A stretch of 64,000 nt of DNA from the human T2T-CHM13v2.0 reference genome, Homo sapiens. Under the pieces are notes generated by a model, which was not told the DNA's origin, ran no database searches, and saw only the letters and a list, made by a program, of their open reading frames with translations. This document shows, piece after piece, positions 62,432 to 64,000 of this stretch (the stretch's first letter is position 1; each line of letters opens with the position of its first letter). The position numbers were made by a program, and so were the translations under genes. The DNA lies in assembly GCF_009914755.1 (NCBI RefSeq), contig NC_060947.1. The stretch is one strand, 5' to 3'.

Positions 62432-63020
62432 CCATCAATGGATGAATGAGTAATGGAACTGTAGTATATGTACACAATGGAATACTATTCCACCATAAAA
62501 ACAGGCAGGAAATCCTGCCATTTGCAACAACATAGAAGAACCTGAAAGACATTATGTTAACTGCAATAAACCAGGCAAAGAAAGACAAATATGACATGAT
62601 CTTATTCATATGTGGAAACTAAAAGAGTTTATTTTATAGAACTTGAGAGTAGAATGGTGGTTACCAGAAAGGGGGATTTGGGGGAGGAGGTTGAGGTGAT
62701 GTTGGTCAAAGGATTACAAATTGTATTTAGATAGGAGGAATAAGTTCAAGAGATTAATTGTGCTACATGGTAACAATAGTCAATACAGTATAACTCTCAG
62801 CATTGGAAAATGTTAAGAGAGTTAATGTTAAGTGTTCTCATCACAAAAATAACTTATGATGTAATTTGAACATTATGTTCAAGTTATCACAAAAATAACT
62901 TATGAAGTAATTATGAACATTAATTAACTAGATTTAGTCATTCAAGAATGTATATATTGCTCAAAACATCACTTGTGCATAATAAATACATGCATTTTTT
63001 CTGTCATTTAAAAGAGAAAA
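62432..63020 (+). mobile_element. L1MA (approx. MA8-9) 3' end
   Basis: 'ccatcaatggatgaatg...gccatttgcaacaacatagaagaacctgaaagacattatgttaa...gataggaggaataagttcaagaga'. Confidence 0.75.
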
Positions 63021-63589
63021 AAAAGAACAAGACAAGAATGTCCACTTTTACCACTGCTACTCAACATTGTACTGAAGGTTATAGCCAAGCAATTAGATAA
63101 TACAATGAAATTAAAAGTATCCAAATTGGAAAAGAAGTACAACTATCTCTGTTTACAAATGACATGATCTTATATATGGAAAATCCTAAGAAATCCATTA
63201 AAAATATAAGCTAATAGGCAAGTTCAGCAAAGATTTTGTATACAAGATGAATATAAAAATTCAAATTTATATCTATGCAGTAACAATGAGCAATCTGAAA
63301 AGAAATTAAGAAACAATTATACTTGTGATAGCATCAGAACAATAAAATACTTAGGAATGAGCTTAACAAAACCAGAACAGGATTTGTTTGCTTACAACCA
63401 TAAAACATCATTGTGTGGATGATGGAACAAATATATACAACAAAGTAGGGTGGAAAAGATCACAGTGCACAAAATAATACAAATGAGATAAAGAAGTTCC
63501 TTTAGTTTCCTATATGCCTGGGTCAGTCGCCACCTAGCCCTGCTCTATTCTATTTCTCATCCTTTCAATTTTCTATACTTCCATTCATA

Positions 63590-64000
63590 CATCCACTTTT
63601 TTCATTCATGTAACAAATGTTTCTTGAATGCCCACTATATACCAAACATTATTCTAAGCATCAGTTTTATATTGGCGAACAAAACAAAGGTCCTTACTCC
63701 TATGAAAATTACTTTCTAGTGGTAGGAGAGAGACAGAAAATGATAAGCATCATGTAAATTACACAGGTGGGAGAAAGTAATAAGTGCTAAGGAAAAAGAA
63801 GAAAAACTAAATGTGAAAGAAACTGGTAGTGTGGGGTAAGGGTCAGGTAGATGGGTTGGCGAGTTAAGACGACATTTAAATAAAGACTTCTTCAAGGAGG
63901 TGAAGAAGTTGGTCCTGGAGATATGGGTTGGGGTGGAGATGGAGAGGGCTTTCAGACAGATGCAACAACCAGTACAAAGTCCTTAATGCAGGGATACGCC
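63590..64000 (-). mobile_element. L2 LINE 3' end
   Basis: 'ttcattcatgtaacaaatgtttcttgaatgcccactatataccaaacattattctaagca...aagtgctaaggaaaaa'. Confidence 0.7.

Larger units (their letters stand above)
60660..63410 (+). mobile_element. Old L1M (MB/MC-like) ORF2 remnant interrupted by Alu, MST and an L1MA 3' end
   Basis: Decayed ORF2 motifs (aaaatcaatgaaaacaaagg; atgaatatagatgcaaaaatccttgacaaaata; ctctgtttacaaatgacatgatc). Confidence 0.7.

Overview
Primate (human-like) AT-rich genomic DNA that is roughly three-quarters LINE-1 by eye, with no recognisable intact protein-coding exon. Nearly all listed ORFs are decayed L1 ORF1/ORF2, MaLR-internal or antisense-repeat ORFs. Main contents: a minus-strand L1PB interrupted by a 3.4-kb foreign L1 block with a 54-bp flanking duplication; several L1PA insertions with clear TSDs; a near full-length L1MA hosting a twin-primed L1PA3 and a complete THE1D provirus; Alu, MaLR, Tigger3, MIR and L2 copies; and a full-length B3GNT2 processed pseudogene (minus strand) split by two L1 insertions. 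I found no new multi-gene system. The best observations are small-scale: a 65-bp mitochondrial ND2 fragment inside the THE1D, the non-retrotranspositional 3.4-kb capture, two independent L1 5' junctions with fold-back inverted repeats, a 19-nt 3' transduction tag, and an in-frame (TAA)n microsatellite in the pseudogene CDS. Subfamily names come from recalled consensus diagnostics and need RepeatMasker/Dfam confirmation.
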